64,000 nt of DNA, from contig OX597815.1 in assembly GCA_951406725.2 (NCBI GenBank), positions 48,174,001 to 48,238,000 on the forward strand, read 5' to 3'. Under the pieces are notes generated by a model. The model was given only the letters and a program-made list of their open reading frames with translations. It did not search any database and was not told where the DNA came from. Positions 1-14,099 of the stretch are shown in pieces. The position numbers and the translations under genes are program-made. Origin of the DNA: Octopus vulgaris. Its lineage: Eukaryota. Position 1 is the stretch's first letter. Each line of letters begins with the position of its first letter.

Positions 1-311
1 CTTTGCAATGATGACAGTCTGGCATTGTGGGAGACGGAGGATCAAGCTGCGCACATGCTAATCCATCCATCCAAACATATATATATATATATATGTAGTT
101 TTAATTACAGGGGATCCATAAAAGATCAAAGTATATCAAAGTGAAGCATGCCACAAATTGGCTAGACAGAATGACACAACATGGAATGCATCAATGAAGG
201 AGCTTCACTGTTGTTATGTAATTCGGAATTCCAAAAGTATCCAAAATTAGTTAATAATGAATGGTAACTTAAGCATGGTGTAACAATACAATAAAACAAG
301 TCACTGCTCAC

Positions 312-363
312 TTGTTTATTTGGTGGTCTGTTGAGTCTGGAGTTATGTATCATTTTATACAAT
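312..363 (-). CDS. Possible further exon of the centlein-like gene (52 nt, phase 2/0)
   Basis: attag|A TTG TAT...AAA CAA|gtgagc gives (R)LYKMIHNSRLNRPPNKQ in the right phase with a good donor. The polypyrimidine tract is poor and I recognise no homology. Confidence 0.25.
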
Positions 364-769
364 CTAATTGTATTATGCTTATGTTACAATAAAAATTTCT
401 AATGAAACAATTGTAGTAATGCTGGATAATCCAATTGCTAATGTCTGTATGTCTGTCTGTCTATCTGCCTGTCTATCTATCTATCTATCTATCTATCTAT
501 ATCATCATCATCATCAATTAAACATGTATACATGCATGTGTGGGTATGTGTTTGTGCATACTCTTCTCTAGACATCAGGTAATGGTTATAAATGAGCATC
601 CCTAGCATATCAGACAAGTGAGGTTGTTCACTTACACTCTTCTGTGAGAAACATGTCAAGCTATGGGAAAATATCACCTTGCTTGGAAACTGGTGAGGGC
701 TAGCAACCAGAAAGGTGTGGCTGGCTTCATGTTCTTGCTTGATTGGGCTGGGATCATTCCAAGTTAGTG

Positions 770-965
770 GTCCCAGAGGTATCATCATGTGTAGAGCTGA
801 CCAGATCCTTCAGTGCTCTCAATCCCTAACAGTCTTGTGCCAGCCCCTCTGCATCATCCAAGGTGATGTCGAACCTCTGGAGATCCTTCCCAATCATGTC
901 CAGCCATCGAGTGCTGTATCTGCCATGAGGCCTCTTCCAACTTGGATGTTGCATTGAATGAGAAT
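770..965 (-). mobile_element. RTE-clade LINE 3' ORF fragment
   Basis: Minus translation PSWKRPHGRYSTRWLDMIGKDLQRFDITLDDAEGLAQD matches the RPxGRP..RW.D C-terminal motif of RTE reverse transcriptases. Contains an in-frame stop. Confidence 0.7.
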
Positions 966-1240
966 GAAGCTCTGGCACAATGATCTAGCAGGAAACGAAA
1001 AACACGTCTGTACCATCACATGTGATGGAAATCTATGAGGTAGGAGGCTATGGGCTGATATGTGCGTACACACAGTTCTTTGTATCGATCTGTAAAAAAA
1101 ATAAGCCTCAATAAATTCTGTCTGACACATGCAAGCATGGAAAAGTGGACATTAAATAATGATGATGATGACGATGATTAAATCATTCTTTGCAGAAATT
1201 TCAAAAACAAATATTTGCCAACTCATCATCATAGTTTTAA

Positions 1241-1680
1241 CAATTTAGCATTCAAATTACTCTGTCACACGTAATGCTTATTTTATTTGCTCACTTTGTT
1301 TTTGAATTAATCATACATTGTCTTGAAGTTTTGAGATTTCGATGAGGTGATTGTTTATTTTCAGAGTGACATCAAAGGGTACGCATGAGAGGCTGAAGCT
1401 GGCCAGTTTGAATGTAAACTGGCAAGCTGGCAGAAACGTTAGCACGTCGGGCGAAATGCTTAGCAGTAGTTCGTCTGTCTTTACGTTCTGAGTTCAAATT
1501 CCGCCGAGGTCGACTTTCCCTTTCATCCTTCCAGGGTCGATAAATTAAGTACCAGTTACGTGCTGGGATCGATATAATCGAATTAATGTCCTTACTTGTC
1601 CCCTCTATGTTTAGCCCCTTGTGGGCAATAAAGAAATAAGAATATTTGGGCTGGATGTAGTTGGTTTAAATGCTAAAGGG
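1241..1680. mobile_element. piggyBac-type MITE (TTAA site, CCCTTTAGCATT-like ends) interrupted by a SINE
   Basis: ttaa|caatttagcatt ... aatgctaaaggg|tcaa; a related copy lies at 8566-9655. Confidence 0.6.
1420..1638 (+). mobile_element. tRNA-derived SINE with Nin-like core
   Basis: gctggcagaaacgttagcac head, GAGTTCAAATTCC B box and cctttcatccttccagggtcgataaattaagtacc core. Many related copies occur in the window. Confidence 0.8.
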
Positions 1681-2669
1681 TCAATATCTACTTTGCCATG
1701 CTAGCATGGGTGAGGCAGAATATCTAGAATCTCTCTTAACATAGGTTTACTCAATCATTTTTTGCCAAGGGTTGAACAACAACAACAATAACAACAGCAG
1801 TAACAACGACAACTGTAGCAATAAAAGCAGCAGCAGCAATAACAACAACAAATATCTTATTAATCTTGTGTAGAAGAAAACAAACATGACAGTTATAATG
1901 CTTGAAATGTCTGATATTTCATAATTTAGCTTCGTATGAATAAAAATTCAGCAACAAAAAAAAATAACAGGTAATAATAAAATGATAAAAATATAAAATA
2001 ACATTTCTGACTTTCTTCATTGGTTTATGTATGTTAAAAAAAAGAAAAAAAAAAGAAAGAAAAAAGAAAAAGAGAAAAAAAAAGCTGTAAAAGTTTAATT
2101 TTGGCAACTCTTAAACAGATTTCTGTTTCAGACACGAAGCCATCGACTGATCTAATCAGATTTATCTATGTTCTTTACAGACAAATAGAGTTAAACAGTC
2201 GTTGTCACAATTCCACATTATTCCGCACTGACAGACAGGTTCCATTCTTATGTCACAGATGAGTTGGTTAGTGGTAGAAAGGGCATCCAGCTGTGAAAAT
2301 CAATTGTTCCTATAATATGCAAATATCCAAATTTAAGAACACAGCCCCTTTCTCCACACCACTTCGTGATGGCATGGAAAGATAAAAAAATGGCTGTAAA
2401 AAACAGTGACAAGATGAAGAGGGAACAATGAAATGATATGCTAGTAAAAATTGTACTCGTGATTTTCTTTCTCACACACTATATATAATATTATATTATC
2501 GTTTAAGTGTGAGTGTATAGGTATGTATACATATACACAAGCATGTATCTGTGAGCATGTATTCATATATATGGGTAGCTGGATGTGTGTATATATATGT
2601 ATGTATATATGTATGTATGCATGTACGTTATATCACATCATCATGTTTCATGCTATGTATGTATGTATG

Positions 2670-2725
<56 letters not shown>

Positions 2726-4872
2726 TATATATAATGTGTATATATATATATATATACATACACACACACACGTATGTATGTATGTATGTATGTTAACACA
2801 AACATATAAATATGTATATGTACCTATCATTATCAATATCACCATTAGCATCATTTTTACATCCGCTTTCATGCTAGCATGGGCTCAAACATTTGGACAA
2901 GATTCAATAGCTAAGAGAGCCATGTCTTGCTCAAGTGTTTCAGATTTGACCTGGTTTCTATGGTTGGATGGCCTTCCTAATATCTTCCACTTTATAGAGT
3001 GTATTGGGTGCTTTCTTCATGGTACCAGCACAAATGAGGTCACCTGCTCTTCTGAGAGAGGGAACAGAAAATAGGGTAGTTGCTTCAAACAAGATGTTGA
3101 GAGGTTAAAACATGACCAGGGTGAATGTGAAAGAATGTGCCGGAGATTCATGGCTAACTCACATTTTCACAGAATTTTCATGTGTGGATGTGGGAGACTG
3201 GGTTGGTGTCCAAAAGTGAGGTAAATATAGTGGTTAGGAAATGCCAGAACATACATTCATGGCAGCATGTCCAAGAAGGTGAACAGAAGAACCAACAAGG
3301 GTGGGTGAAGTTTCAGAAGAATGGGAAGAAAAGTGAGAGACGGATAAAGACATGGGGGTGGAAATGGTTAGATGTATATGGGGTGTGAATGTAATGAATT
3401 ATGAACAGGAGTGAGAGTGATACATAAGTTGGAAATGATGGTAAGAATGATAAGAATGAGGGATGGATGATTGAGTATAGCACAAAGACTGGGAGTGATG
3501 GCTGGCAGTAGAATCATTAGCACACTGGGCAAAATGCATAATGGCATTTTGTCCAACTTTACATTTTAGGTTCAAATTCTGCTGTGATTGAATTTGCCTT
3601 TCATCCCTTTCAGGGTTGATTAAACAAGTACCAGTTGAAAACAGGGGATGATTTAATCAACTTAACCCTCTCCCAAAATTGCTAGTCTTGTACCAAAATT
3701 TGAAACCAATATGCTATGGTATGTATTAAAAGGTTCTGCTTACATTTCTTACAACAGCAGAATAACACAATAAATAAGAGGGTGATGGTCAAGTAAGTGA
3801 TAGGGTGATAAGGGGATGGGGTTAAAGGTTGCAATGTGTGCATGTGTGTGTATAGTGGAGGGATTCGGTTGTGTGTGTAGTGCACATACACATTATATTT
3901 TGAGAGCCATCACTTGATAAAGTGTGACTCAAAGTTTTTCTGGAATCATACAAGAAATGTATTTTACACCTTTTATTGGAAAATTATGATTATACATATA
4001 TACATACATTCATACACACACCCACATACATTTATATCATCAATGACTATATTAATGGTTATGGTATGTAACTAAATAGAATGTTACTGCCTATTTTGTA
4101 CTGTATATTGCCACTAGACAATATGTGACTCTTTCCCAAAATATCTGGGGTCATATAATTTCATAGTTGCAAAGAAGGTCTGAAGAGTTGTTAATATTAT
4201 CTAGTAGTACTATTGAACATGAAACCTATGGTGGCATTATGGCCAGTTATATGCTACAAGCAAAACGCCCCCTGTCCAATGTACGGTGCTGAGTTGTCAA
4301 ACATTTAAATTCTCAAAACAACTTGTCTGACCATCCCATAGGCCTCCCCTTTGAGAAACACTGATTTAACCTAAATTTGAGACACCAGCAAAAGAAGAAA
4401 TAAAGATAGACTTTTTTTGTATTCCAAAAAAAAAAAACTATTTTATTCACACAAATATGCAACCGAAGAGTTTAAAGTGCCAGTAAGTACATCACAACAG
4501 CTGATGTACTTGCGCGTACAAATGCACGTTCCTATGGCTTTATTGATCACATTCTCACCTGGAATCGATTTTTGCAATTTTTTCAAGACTTATACCCGCC
4601 CTGATACCGTTGGTATCTACATATCAAATTTGAGCGCAATCGGATGCCCGAGATCCTAGAAGACACACAGACAGAACGGATTTTATATAATAGATATACC
4701 GCTTGATTGATACAGAAATATATATCAGCACTATTACTTGTATTGAGTGTGTTTTTATTTCTAACTTATGGACAACTGACTGATATATATATATATATAT
4801 TTATATATATATGTATATATATAAAAGTAGGTAAATGGTACAACAAGGTACCAATATTTATATAGATATATA

Positions 4873-5407
4873 TCTTATTATAAATTTGAGTGATGTTCTC
4901 TCTCTGATATTGTTTTATGTTTGTTAACTCCTCCTAGACTGTTGGCGCAACGACAATGTAACTCAAATCAACTCCCCTAATCCCAGGGAATGTCCTAAGA
5001 GGGTCTATTTTTTTAAGAGCTGCCTAATTGGGGCACCACTGACCCCCGCTATTTTTACTGCATTTTAAACTAAATGCATGGCATTGGTGACTAAATCAGA
5101 GCAATGACAATGAATTTCATACCATGAACTCCCAGGGAGTATATAAGGAGGTTAAATTTCTGAAGGGCTGCTTAAATGGCACCCCATTGACCTGCCCACT
5201 ATTTTTACTGCATTTACCTCATTCCTATGCTTATTGATTAAACTATGATCAGCATCAGTGCTTAGCACATTGGCAGAAATAAGTTTGCACATTACATTAC
5301 ACAAGGGTAAAGGGCTGTGAAGTGGCCTGATTGCGGGGCAGAAGGCCTCAAAGGTGCCTTCTGCAGGAGCCACGTAGAATGCTGCCGAAGGGCAGCTTCA
5401 AGGCTAG
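4873..5407 (+). mobile_element. Non-autonomous Helitron
   Basis: 5' a|TCTTATTATA, subterminal hairpin gctgcc-gaag-ggcagc (5381-5396) and 3' CTAG|t. Confidence 0.7.
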
Positions 5408-6447
5408 TATATATATATATATATATATATAATCATCCTTGTGTAACATCTGTATTCCATGCTGGTATAGGTTGAACAGTTTGACCAGAGATGGTGGGCC
5501 AGAAAGCTGCACCAGGTTCCAGTCTGATTTGGCATGGTTTCTATGGCTGAATGCCCCTCCTAATGTCAATCACTTTACAGTGTGTGCTGGGTGGTTTTAA
5601 CGTGGCACCGGCATGTGTACTTTGTATGTGGCACCAGCACAGGACTCTTGCAGGCCAATCCTCTTCATAAAGGAGAACAATCTTAACATTTCTGCTGTAG
5701 AGAATGTGTCTCCTTTTGTGTGTGTGTGTGTGAGTGTGTGCATGCACGTGCATTTGTGTGTGCATGTAATTTTAATGTAAAGTTTTTAAAAATCACCTAT
5801 GGTTAGGGCCGGATGCCCTATAGCCATTACACAGAGCAAACTATTCTACCATACTATCTCTACACATGGAAAACACTAAGTGAAAACCAACTGAGTTACT
5901 AAAACCACAATCTATGATGATTTCTTATGATAATCTCACATGTAAATGATTGTGCAAATAGTATCTCAAAAGATAGGTATCCTCTTTAGGATAAGAAAAT
6001 ACTGACCTGCTATGATGCTCAAGTAAGAAGTAAGGCCCTCATTAAAGAGAAACACATTGCAACATATAGCTGGGGTAAAAGTACCAACAATGAAAGTATG
6101 TGACAGGAAGAATTCCGAGGAAATGGTTAAATTAGATTTTAGAAATCATTGATGCCATTTTAAGAACATTTAGAAATTTCTGATGCAATTTTAAGAAAAC
6201 TGTATGAGTTGATGGTTATTTGGCTGCAATTTCTAGCAGCTGAACCACAAATTAAAGGCTCCTTAACAGGCTCAAAGTAAGTAGTGTTGAATTTATATGA
6301 TGTATGTGATTTAATAGAAATGTCTAACTTAATTTGAAGTAGATGTTAAACAAGGATTGTTATCTATGTGTTCTGATTTAGTTAAAAAAACTCTTTTGCA
6401 TGTGTATGTGTGTGCATGTGAGTGAATATGTGCGTACGTGTATGAAT

Positions 6448-6486
<39 letters not shown>

Positions 6487-6718
6487 TGAGTACATACGAG
6501 ATCACTTTTACCCACACAAATACTTGCAGATATTATGGTCTCTTGAAGTTCTAAAACTAACATAGATTGACATCGTAAAAACCAAAACTAAAGTATTGAA
6601 TTTCCTGTTTTGTAGCAAAGCAAAAATAAAAATAAAATAAAAACAAAAAGAAAACAAATGAAACAAAACAAGGAATATTTGTAATACAGATAAATGTAAA
6701 ACTAAAGAAGGTTTTTAC

Positions 6719-6807
6719 CGTCTTTCAGCCAAAAGGGAATTTCTAACAGCATGGAATGACTTCAGTTCTTTTTCTAGTTTCTCTGTTTTGGCTTGGTTAG
6801 CACTCCT
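6719..6807 (-). CDS. CNTLN: Centlein-like protein, internal exon (89 nt, phase 0/2)
   Basis: tttgttttgtttttcgccaacag|AGG AGT...AGA CG|gtaaaa; RSANQAKTEKLEKELKSFHAVRNSLLAER. Open and phase-compatible with exon 12623-12702. Confidence 0.8.
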
Positions 6808-7429
6808 CTGTTGGCGAAAAACAAAACAAAACAAACACACCATCAAAAACAACAAGAACATAAAAAGCAACATTAGTAACACTAATAAATATCAAAACAA
6901 AGTGATCCTCCTCACTGACAGTTTAATGTCTCTTTTTTTCTCCTCCATGTTTACATTGCTTGGACAAATCTCAGACATATTACTGCTATTCCTCCCAATC
7001 ACTGACTTCTTTCAAGATCAATTTCCATTGCTTTGGACAAATGTCAAAAATTCTCTTTTCTCTATTTACCAATGTCTGAATGACCGTCTAAAGTGTCGTA
7101 ACCAGATTTGTGTGGTTATAGTGTCACATAATGAGCTAGGTTTTATTATAACTAAATGAAGGTTTATTTATTTGTTGGACTGATTTATATGATTCATTTT
7201 CCAAAGAATAGCCTTGTTGATTACATGTTTCCAATAAGTCAATTACTAGTTCACTGCATTTATAAAAGTGAAAATGGTGTATTTGTGGAACTTGTGAGAA
7301 ATAAATTCTACAAAGTATTTTTATTTGATGTACCAGTTTACTGCACTTTTCTCAGTGATGCAACCAACACACACACACAAATTCTGAGGCCAATACACAC
7401 ACACACACACACACACAAAAATTCAAATG

Positions 7430-7750
7430 GCACTCTGTTGGTTGCTATGATGAGGGTTCCAGTTGACCCGATCAACAGAACAACCTGCTCATGAAATTAA
7501 TGCGCAAGTGGCTGAGCACTCTACAAACACACAAATCCTTCATACAGTTTTCATGGACATTCAGCATGATACAATGTGACAAGACCAGCCCTTTGAAATA
7601 CAGGTACAACTCATTTTTGCCAGCTGAATGGACTGGTGCAATGTGAAATAAAGTGTCTTGCTCAAGAACACAATGCACCACAGGGAATCAAACACATGAC
7701 CATATGATTATAAGCCAAATATCCCTAGCCACTAAGCCATGCATCTTCAC
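7430..7750 (-). mobile_element. Old copy of the tRNA-derived SINE family seen at 15203
   Basis: Reverse complement aligns by eye with 15203-15588 (gtgctcagccactt, gagcaggttgttctgttgatcgg) with CpG decay. Confidence 0.7.
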
Positions 7751-8668
7751 ACACAAACATTCACTCAGGCATATAAGGCATTGTGTTATTTTAGGATGTG
7801 CATACACACACACACACACACACACATAAGATGAGCATCTGGACAGTTGCTGCATATTGCATTCACTCAGATGACATATGAGGCATTGGTGGTATTTCAT
7901 GAAGATGTGTTTATATGCACACTTACAAACATATATATTTTATGATTTCATTTAAGTACAGTGGTATTAATAACCAGTTGTTTGAACTCAGTATAATTAT
8001 GCTTTAGAATAAAGCATTAGAAGAGTACACAGTATATCAATTGAAGAATGACAAAAGAACAAAATTTTTGTAATCCCACTACATCAGCTTAATCCAGGGG
8101 TGGAGAAACTTTGTAGTGCAGCGGGCAAAATTTACAAAGAAAAAAGGTCCTTGAGCAGATCACAAGTTCTAACTCGTAGATCTTGTAGATATCTATGTAT
8201 AATTCGATATACATTAATAAAGATAAGTTTAACACATTAAATTAATGTATAACATCTTCATTAACACAGCCACTAAATTTTGGATGTTTATATTACTTAT
8301 GAGGTGTTCTATATTTCTCAGCTAGAGTGTAGTTGGGTTCTCAAGAGGGTGGTTTTCTATATGTTTTCTAATGAAAACAAAATTTCCATTCAAATGGCAA
8401 TTACTGGACGAGTTTCTGTTTGAGTCTATCCATTTTAAGTTGTAGTGGAAATGTGACCTATGTTGCAAATAGGCATATGAATATTGTGTAAATTTTATAA
8501 TTGAAAAATTTTACTGTATTCTGTACATACAAGTATATCAGCCTGTGGGTGAAATAAAATGGGCTTGCATTTAGATTACTTTGTCAAATGTAATGCTCAT
8601 ATATTTACATTGTTTTGAATTAATCATGTGTTCTCTTATAGCATCAGGATTCCATTGATGTGATTATA

Positions 8669-9560
8669 CAGGGTGTTCCAGAAGTCTTGTGCACATTTTA
8701 AGTCCTCATATCTGCTGGACTATGATTGGTAGTAAGATGAAATTGGTACCATTTTAAAGCTAAATTCATTAAGTTTTTTTGTAATGTTAATGATTTTTTT
8801 CATATTTTTTCAGATCCAGTAATGGCGTTCACTCAACCAGAAAAGGCATTTTGCATCCTTGAATTTGCAAAAACTGGATCATGGACACTTGTTCAACGTG
8901 CATTTCACACAAAATTCCGGAAAGAAGCACCAGAAAGGAAGTCCATATTGAGAAGGCATGGTAAATTCATGAAGGATGTGTGTTTGTGCCCAGCTAAGAG
9001 AACAGGACGCCCCTAAACTTCAGGTGATACGGTTGAGTGAGTTCGAACTGCCTTTGAGCAGAGCCCCCGTAAATCGATCAGAAGAGCCAGGTGGGACTTC
9101 ATTTTCCAACAGGATGGGGTGTCACCGCACTGGAGACTCAGGGTTAGACAATATCTGTACACAACACTGCCAGACAGATTGATTGGATGGTCTGGGTGAG
9201 ATGATCGCGTTCTTATGCCCTGGCCTCCCAGGTCTCCAGATCTCACATCCTGTGATTTCTTTTTGAGGGCATTTGTGAAAGGACTGGTCTATATGCTTCC
9301 TCTTCCAAAAGACGTGGATGAACTGAAGGCCCGAATAACGAAAGCTGTTAGAACCATTGACAACACAATGCTGGAATGCGTTTGGCAAGAATTGGACTAT
9401 CGGCTTGATGTGTGCTGTGTGACCAATGGTGCTCACATTGAACATTACATAAAAAACTTGAAATTGCAGGCTTTCAGAATATATCAGATGCGTTTTATGT
9501 CCTTAATCGTTTTCGAGATATTCAATGTCAAAATGTGCCCAAGACCTCTGGAACACTCTG
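8669..9560 (+). mobile_element. Internally deleted Tc1/mariner-superfamily DNA transposon
   Basis: TA-flanked TIRs cagggtgttccagaagtcttg / caagacctctggaacactctg. Transposase remnants MAFTQPEKAFCILEFAK..., FQQDG and WPPRSPDLTSCDFFL with frameshifts. Confidence 0.9.
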
Positions 9561-11598
9561 TATATATAAGGATGGATGTGATAAGCCAAATCTAGCCAGT
9601 TTGAAAATAAAACAGAATATTTGGGCTGGATATGGCCAGTTTAAATGCTAAAGGATTAAAACTGTCATTTTTGCTATAAGAAACTGAGCACTCAGAAATA
9701 AGTGCTTCTCAAATGAACAAACACTTCATTTAAATGGCTTTAAGAAAGCTATAGGATGTTATACAAGCAATCAGCTCTGAGTGCACTGTTCCTTATAGCA
9801 GAAACAGCTGTAAACTAATGAAGGTAATTATGTAACTCCTGTTCTTTTGTCATTCATTCATTGATATGTATATGTGCGTGTGTGTGTGTGTGATTCATCA
9901 TCATCATTTAGCAACCGTTTTCCATGATGACATGGGTAAGACAGTCTGACTGGAGCTGATAAGCTGAAGAGCTGTATCAGGCTCCAGTCTGTTTCGGCTT
10001 GGTTTCTACAGCTGGCTGCCCTTCCTAATGCCCACCACTCCATAGAGCGTAGTGGATGTCTTTTGCGTGTAACCGGCACAGCTGCCTTTTATGTGTTACC
10101 AGTACATGTGCATGTGTAGAAAACCATGGTCATCACTTCCAAGCAGTATAACTGAATGGTAAGTACCATGCTTTTGTTAACTGTATTTAGGTGCCCATGT
10201 AGTTGCAGGCAGAAAAGACACTTTCCCAGCCTCCTACCTATGATCCAACTGAACAGAGGGGATTTGACAACTATATCATGTGTGTGTGTGTCAAAATAAC
10301 AAAAGCAAGACAAGAAAAAGAAACACGTAAAAGGATACATGGTACAAGAATGTTTTCATTTGAAAAGATTCATAAAAAGAAATGTAAAAAATTTATATTC
10401 CTGGAGTATAAATATTTTAATTTATTACACAGTTATTTGTCAAAATAGCTTCTCTTTCAACATTTAAAATGGCATAAGCTGATCTCAAATATCACAAGAT
10501 CAAGTTTCAAATACGTTTATCATTTCCATTTACATCTCTAACATGATAATGCCAATTTGACTTGCTTCTTTTTTAATTTTATATATTTTAAAAAACTACA
10601 CCCACTGCCAGTATTTCTGAACTATACTACAAAGAATGGCCAAAAGCAGTGGCTCCCAAATTCAGGGAACTGATACGTATATTCTATAGATAATTTCAAC
10701 TATCTTAAGTTTGAAATGACATTAAATGAAGTTTTGAAGAGAGATGCAATCACGTGGTTCTGAGTTCAGTTCCACTGTGTGGCACCTTGGGAAGATGTCT
10801 TCCACTATAACCTCCAGGCAGACCCATGCCTTGTGAGTGAATTTGGTAGATGAAAACTGTGTTGAAGCCTGTTGTATGTGAGTGAGTGTGCTTAAGTATG
10901 TCAATGTGTTTGTGCTTGACCCCCTTTCCCAGGTAACCATTTGACAACCAGTGCTGGTCACTCTAAATTTGCAGGTCAGTAAAGAACACTGACAGAATAG
11001 ATATTAAGCTTAAAAACTAAATAGTGGGGTCCACTTGTTTGATTAAAGCCATCAAGTGCAGTGCCCTAGCATAGATGCAGTCCAGTGACTGAAACTAGTA
11101 AAAGATACTTTACGGATAAAAGACGCAAATAGAAAAAAAAAATCATGGCTACATTTGTGCATTTCATTTTTTAAAAAAAAAAGGCAGCATGTTAGCGAAA
11201 ACAGTAGCACACCTGATGAAATGCTTAGTGACATTTCATCCATCTCAGATTTTACTGAGGTCAACATTACCTTTCATCCTTTCAGAATCAATAAATTAAG
11301 TACCACTCAAGCACTGAGGTCAATGAAATTAATTAGCTGTATCCCTAAAATTTCAGGCTTTGTGACTATTGTAGAAAGGATTAAGATGGTGTTTAGAACA
11401 AACTAACATAAAATTATCACTTTAAAACAAAAAATTTATATCACAGAACAAGAGACAAGATGGTGCCAAAAGTATCATGGTACCCATGTTTCTGATTATT
11501 TAAATAGCTGAAATAATTCTCAATGGGACTACGTAGTTTTGCTGACTATTAATCCTGTCTTTAAATTGTATTCTTACAATATTTACATCTATGTTATG

Positions 11599-11765
11599 CA
11601 GGGCTGGCCCTAGGGTTGCTGGTGCCCTAGGCAAGTTGGAACTTTGGCATGTACAAGCTGATGGTCATGAAATTTCCTCATCTTTGTCATGCTCCCTCTT
11701 GGTGCCTCCTAGCACTTGGCACTCCGGGCAACTGCCCAAGCTGCTGGTACTTTGAGCCACCCCTA
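11599..11765. mobile_element. hAT-like MITE
   Basis: Ends cagggctggccc ... gagccaccccta; degenerate 8-bp TSD atgttatg/atattata. Confidence 0.55.
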
Positions 11766-12622
11766 ATATTATACTTTGATCAGACTGATTATTAGTAAAC
11801 TTGTAAATAACAACGTTATTGTTCTTTAGAACAATGCTCTCAGTTCAAATTAAGACATGGGCTACATACATCCACAACCAAGAATGGTGACCAGTGATCA
11901 AATTTAATGAAACATACTGCTGGTGCCATGTAAAAAGCATTCAGTTCACAATGTAAAATGGTTGGTGTTTAGAAGGGCATCCAACTGTAAAATCCATGCC
12001 ATAATAGATCTCGATGGGGCTGGTACACATAAAAGGCACTCAGTCCACTCTGTATGGTGGTTGGTGTTAAGAAGGGCATCCAACCATAGAAACCTTGTCA
12101 AAACAGACAGTGAAGCCGGGTGCAGTCTTCAGTTTAGCCAGCTCCTGTCAAAGCATCCAACCCATGTTAGCATAAAAAACAGACATTAAATGATAATGAT
12201 GATAATGTAGATGTAAAAAAGCTGTAAAAATATACAATATATACTCTAAAGATGAGAGTAATAGCTTGGAAAATTGCAATCATATCATTTCTGAGTGTTC
12301 AAAACATAAAAAAAATGTCAGCAAGAAGATAAAGATGTCAAAGCTACATGCCTTCTATAGATATAAAATGATAAATACTATAGAATTACAAAGTTGAATG
12401 TTGAAGGGACTTACTCTATATGAGATATCATAAGTAAGTATTTTGTTTACCATATATTTGACTTGATAAACTAAGACATCTGTACACGAATGCATATCTG
12501 GTAGCTCTGTGAGTGAGTATGTGTATGAGAGCATGTATATGTGTGTGAGTATATGTGTGCATGTGTGAGTATATGGAATATGCAAAAGAATGTTTCAAGA
12601 GACTTCAAAATATTCCAGTTAC

Positions 12623-12702
12623 CTCCCTTCTCAAAAGTTTCAATTCTGCTTCCATCTCTGTCTTTTTACCATCATCTTTCATCCGAAGAAGGTGCTCATA
12701 GT
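12623..12702 (-). CDS. CNTLN: Centlein-like protein, internal exon (80 nt, phase 1/0)
   Basis: Strong acceptor ttttttctttccttacag|AC TAT GAG...AGG GAG|gtaact; DYEHLLRMKDDGKKTEMEAELKLLRRE. Phase-compatible with exon 42074-42174 and has coiled-coil composition. Confidence 0.8.
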
Positions 12703-13100
12703 CTGTAAGGAAAGAAAAAAATATCATCATATTTTCTTCACAAATCACCTTTATTTACTACCCAGTCTAGAAACTTCTGTTCTTGTTACTGAACTCATCT
12801 TAATTTTTTTTCAGCTTGTATGCCTTTTAATGTCTGCTCATTTTTAGACCAATAACTTTTTATAGCTGATGCTGTCAAATTGAAGACTATTATCATAAGT
12901 GTTGAAATTCTGGTGGTATTTGGTTGATAACTGATGAGGGGATTGAACCTATCTGTGTCTATTTTGTGTGTTTTCCTGTTATTCTATACATCTCCTTGTG
13001 CTGAGATCATATATATATATATATATATACACATACATATAAATATATACACATACATATATATATACACACGTACATACACACACACACACACACACAC

Positions 13101-13176
<76 letters not shown>

Positions 13177-13189
13177 GATGGTTGTCTAC

Positions 13190-13735
13190 TCTTTATGCAG
13201 AGCCTGACCACCTCTTGTACCTACACCTTCGATTCATCATAGTCTGATGTGGCCTTTTAAACCAGACAATGTATTGAAAAGACACCCACATAGATTGCAT
13301 ATCTGATTTGGACCACCAAGAGCTGCAGTTAAGTTCAGCTCTTTGTGGATCTTAAAATGTCTTTAAGGCCTCTGTTAGAATTGCAGACCTTTTGGCATAC
13401 ACAACACTGAAAGGGTGTGCACAAATGTATAGGCAGAATAGTTGGTGGGGGTTTGTTTTCCATGGGTCCTCAAATGAGATTTGAGCCCAACAAAAGAAAG
13501 GCATGGTCTATCACAAACTGTGCACACAAAAAGGTCACTGAGATTCGCCTTCTCAATCACAACATTCTTCTTTAAATCTCTCTTGAGTCTTGCATGTGTT
13601 ATCCTGGCCTTCTCAAATGCTTTCACTCCACTCCACACTTTTGTTCACCATCCAGCTTGATCTGAAGCAAGGATTTCTATGGTCTTTGGATACATTCCAA
13701 GTGAATTCATGGTAGTCCTTATGCCGTCATGAAAC
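13190..13735 (-). mobile_element. RTE-clade LINE 3' end with C2H2 zinc finger
   Basis: ORF 13375-13638 contains WSGVKAFEKAR...FVCTVCDRPCLSFVGLKSHLRTH, typical of RTE C-termini. Confidence 0.75.
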
Positions 13736-13837
13736 CTTTTTTATATACACACACATACATATATACATACATACATATATACATATATACATATATATAA
13801 ACATACAAACACATACACATAAACATATATATATATC

Positions 13838-14052
13838 GCCAGCCTCATCTGGCACCTGTGTCGGTGGCACATAAAAAGCACCCACTACACTCACGGAGTG
13901 GTTGGCATTAGGAAGGGCATCCAGCTGTAGAAACACTGCCAGATCTGACTGGCCTGGTGCAGCCTTCGGGCTTCCCAGACCCCAGTTGAACCGTCCAACC
14001 CATGCTAGCATGGAAAGCGGACATTAAACGATGATGATGATGATGATGATGA
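13838..14052 (+). mobile_element. RTE 3'-UTR-derived short retroposon with (GAT)n tail
   Basis: ggttggcattaggaagggcatccagctgtagaaac...ccatgctagcatggaaagcggacattaaac(gat)n; same sequence as the 3' end of the RTE at 20701-21952. Confidence 0.8.
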
Positions 14053-14099
14053 TATATAACATACAAACACACACATATATATATATGTATATATATGAA

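Noticed and set aside
6788-7494. Adjacent plus-strand ORFs of 123 and 112 aa
   Set aside because: No recognisable domain, and they run into CA repeats and a SINE. The minus strand has many stops, so this is at most a decayed element.
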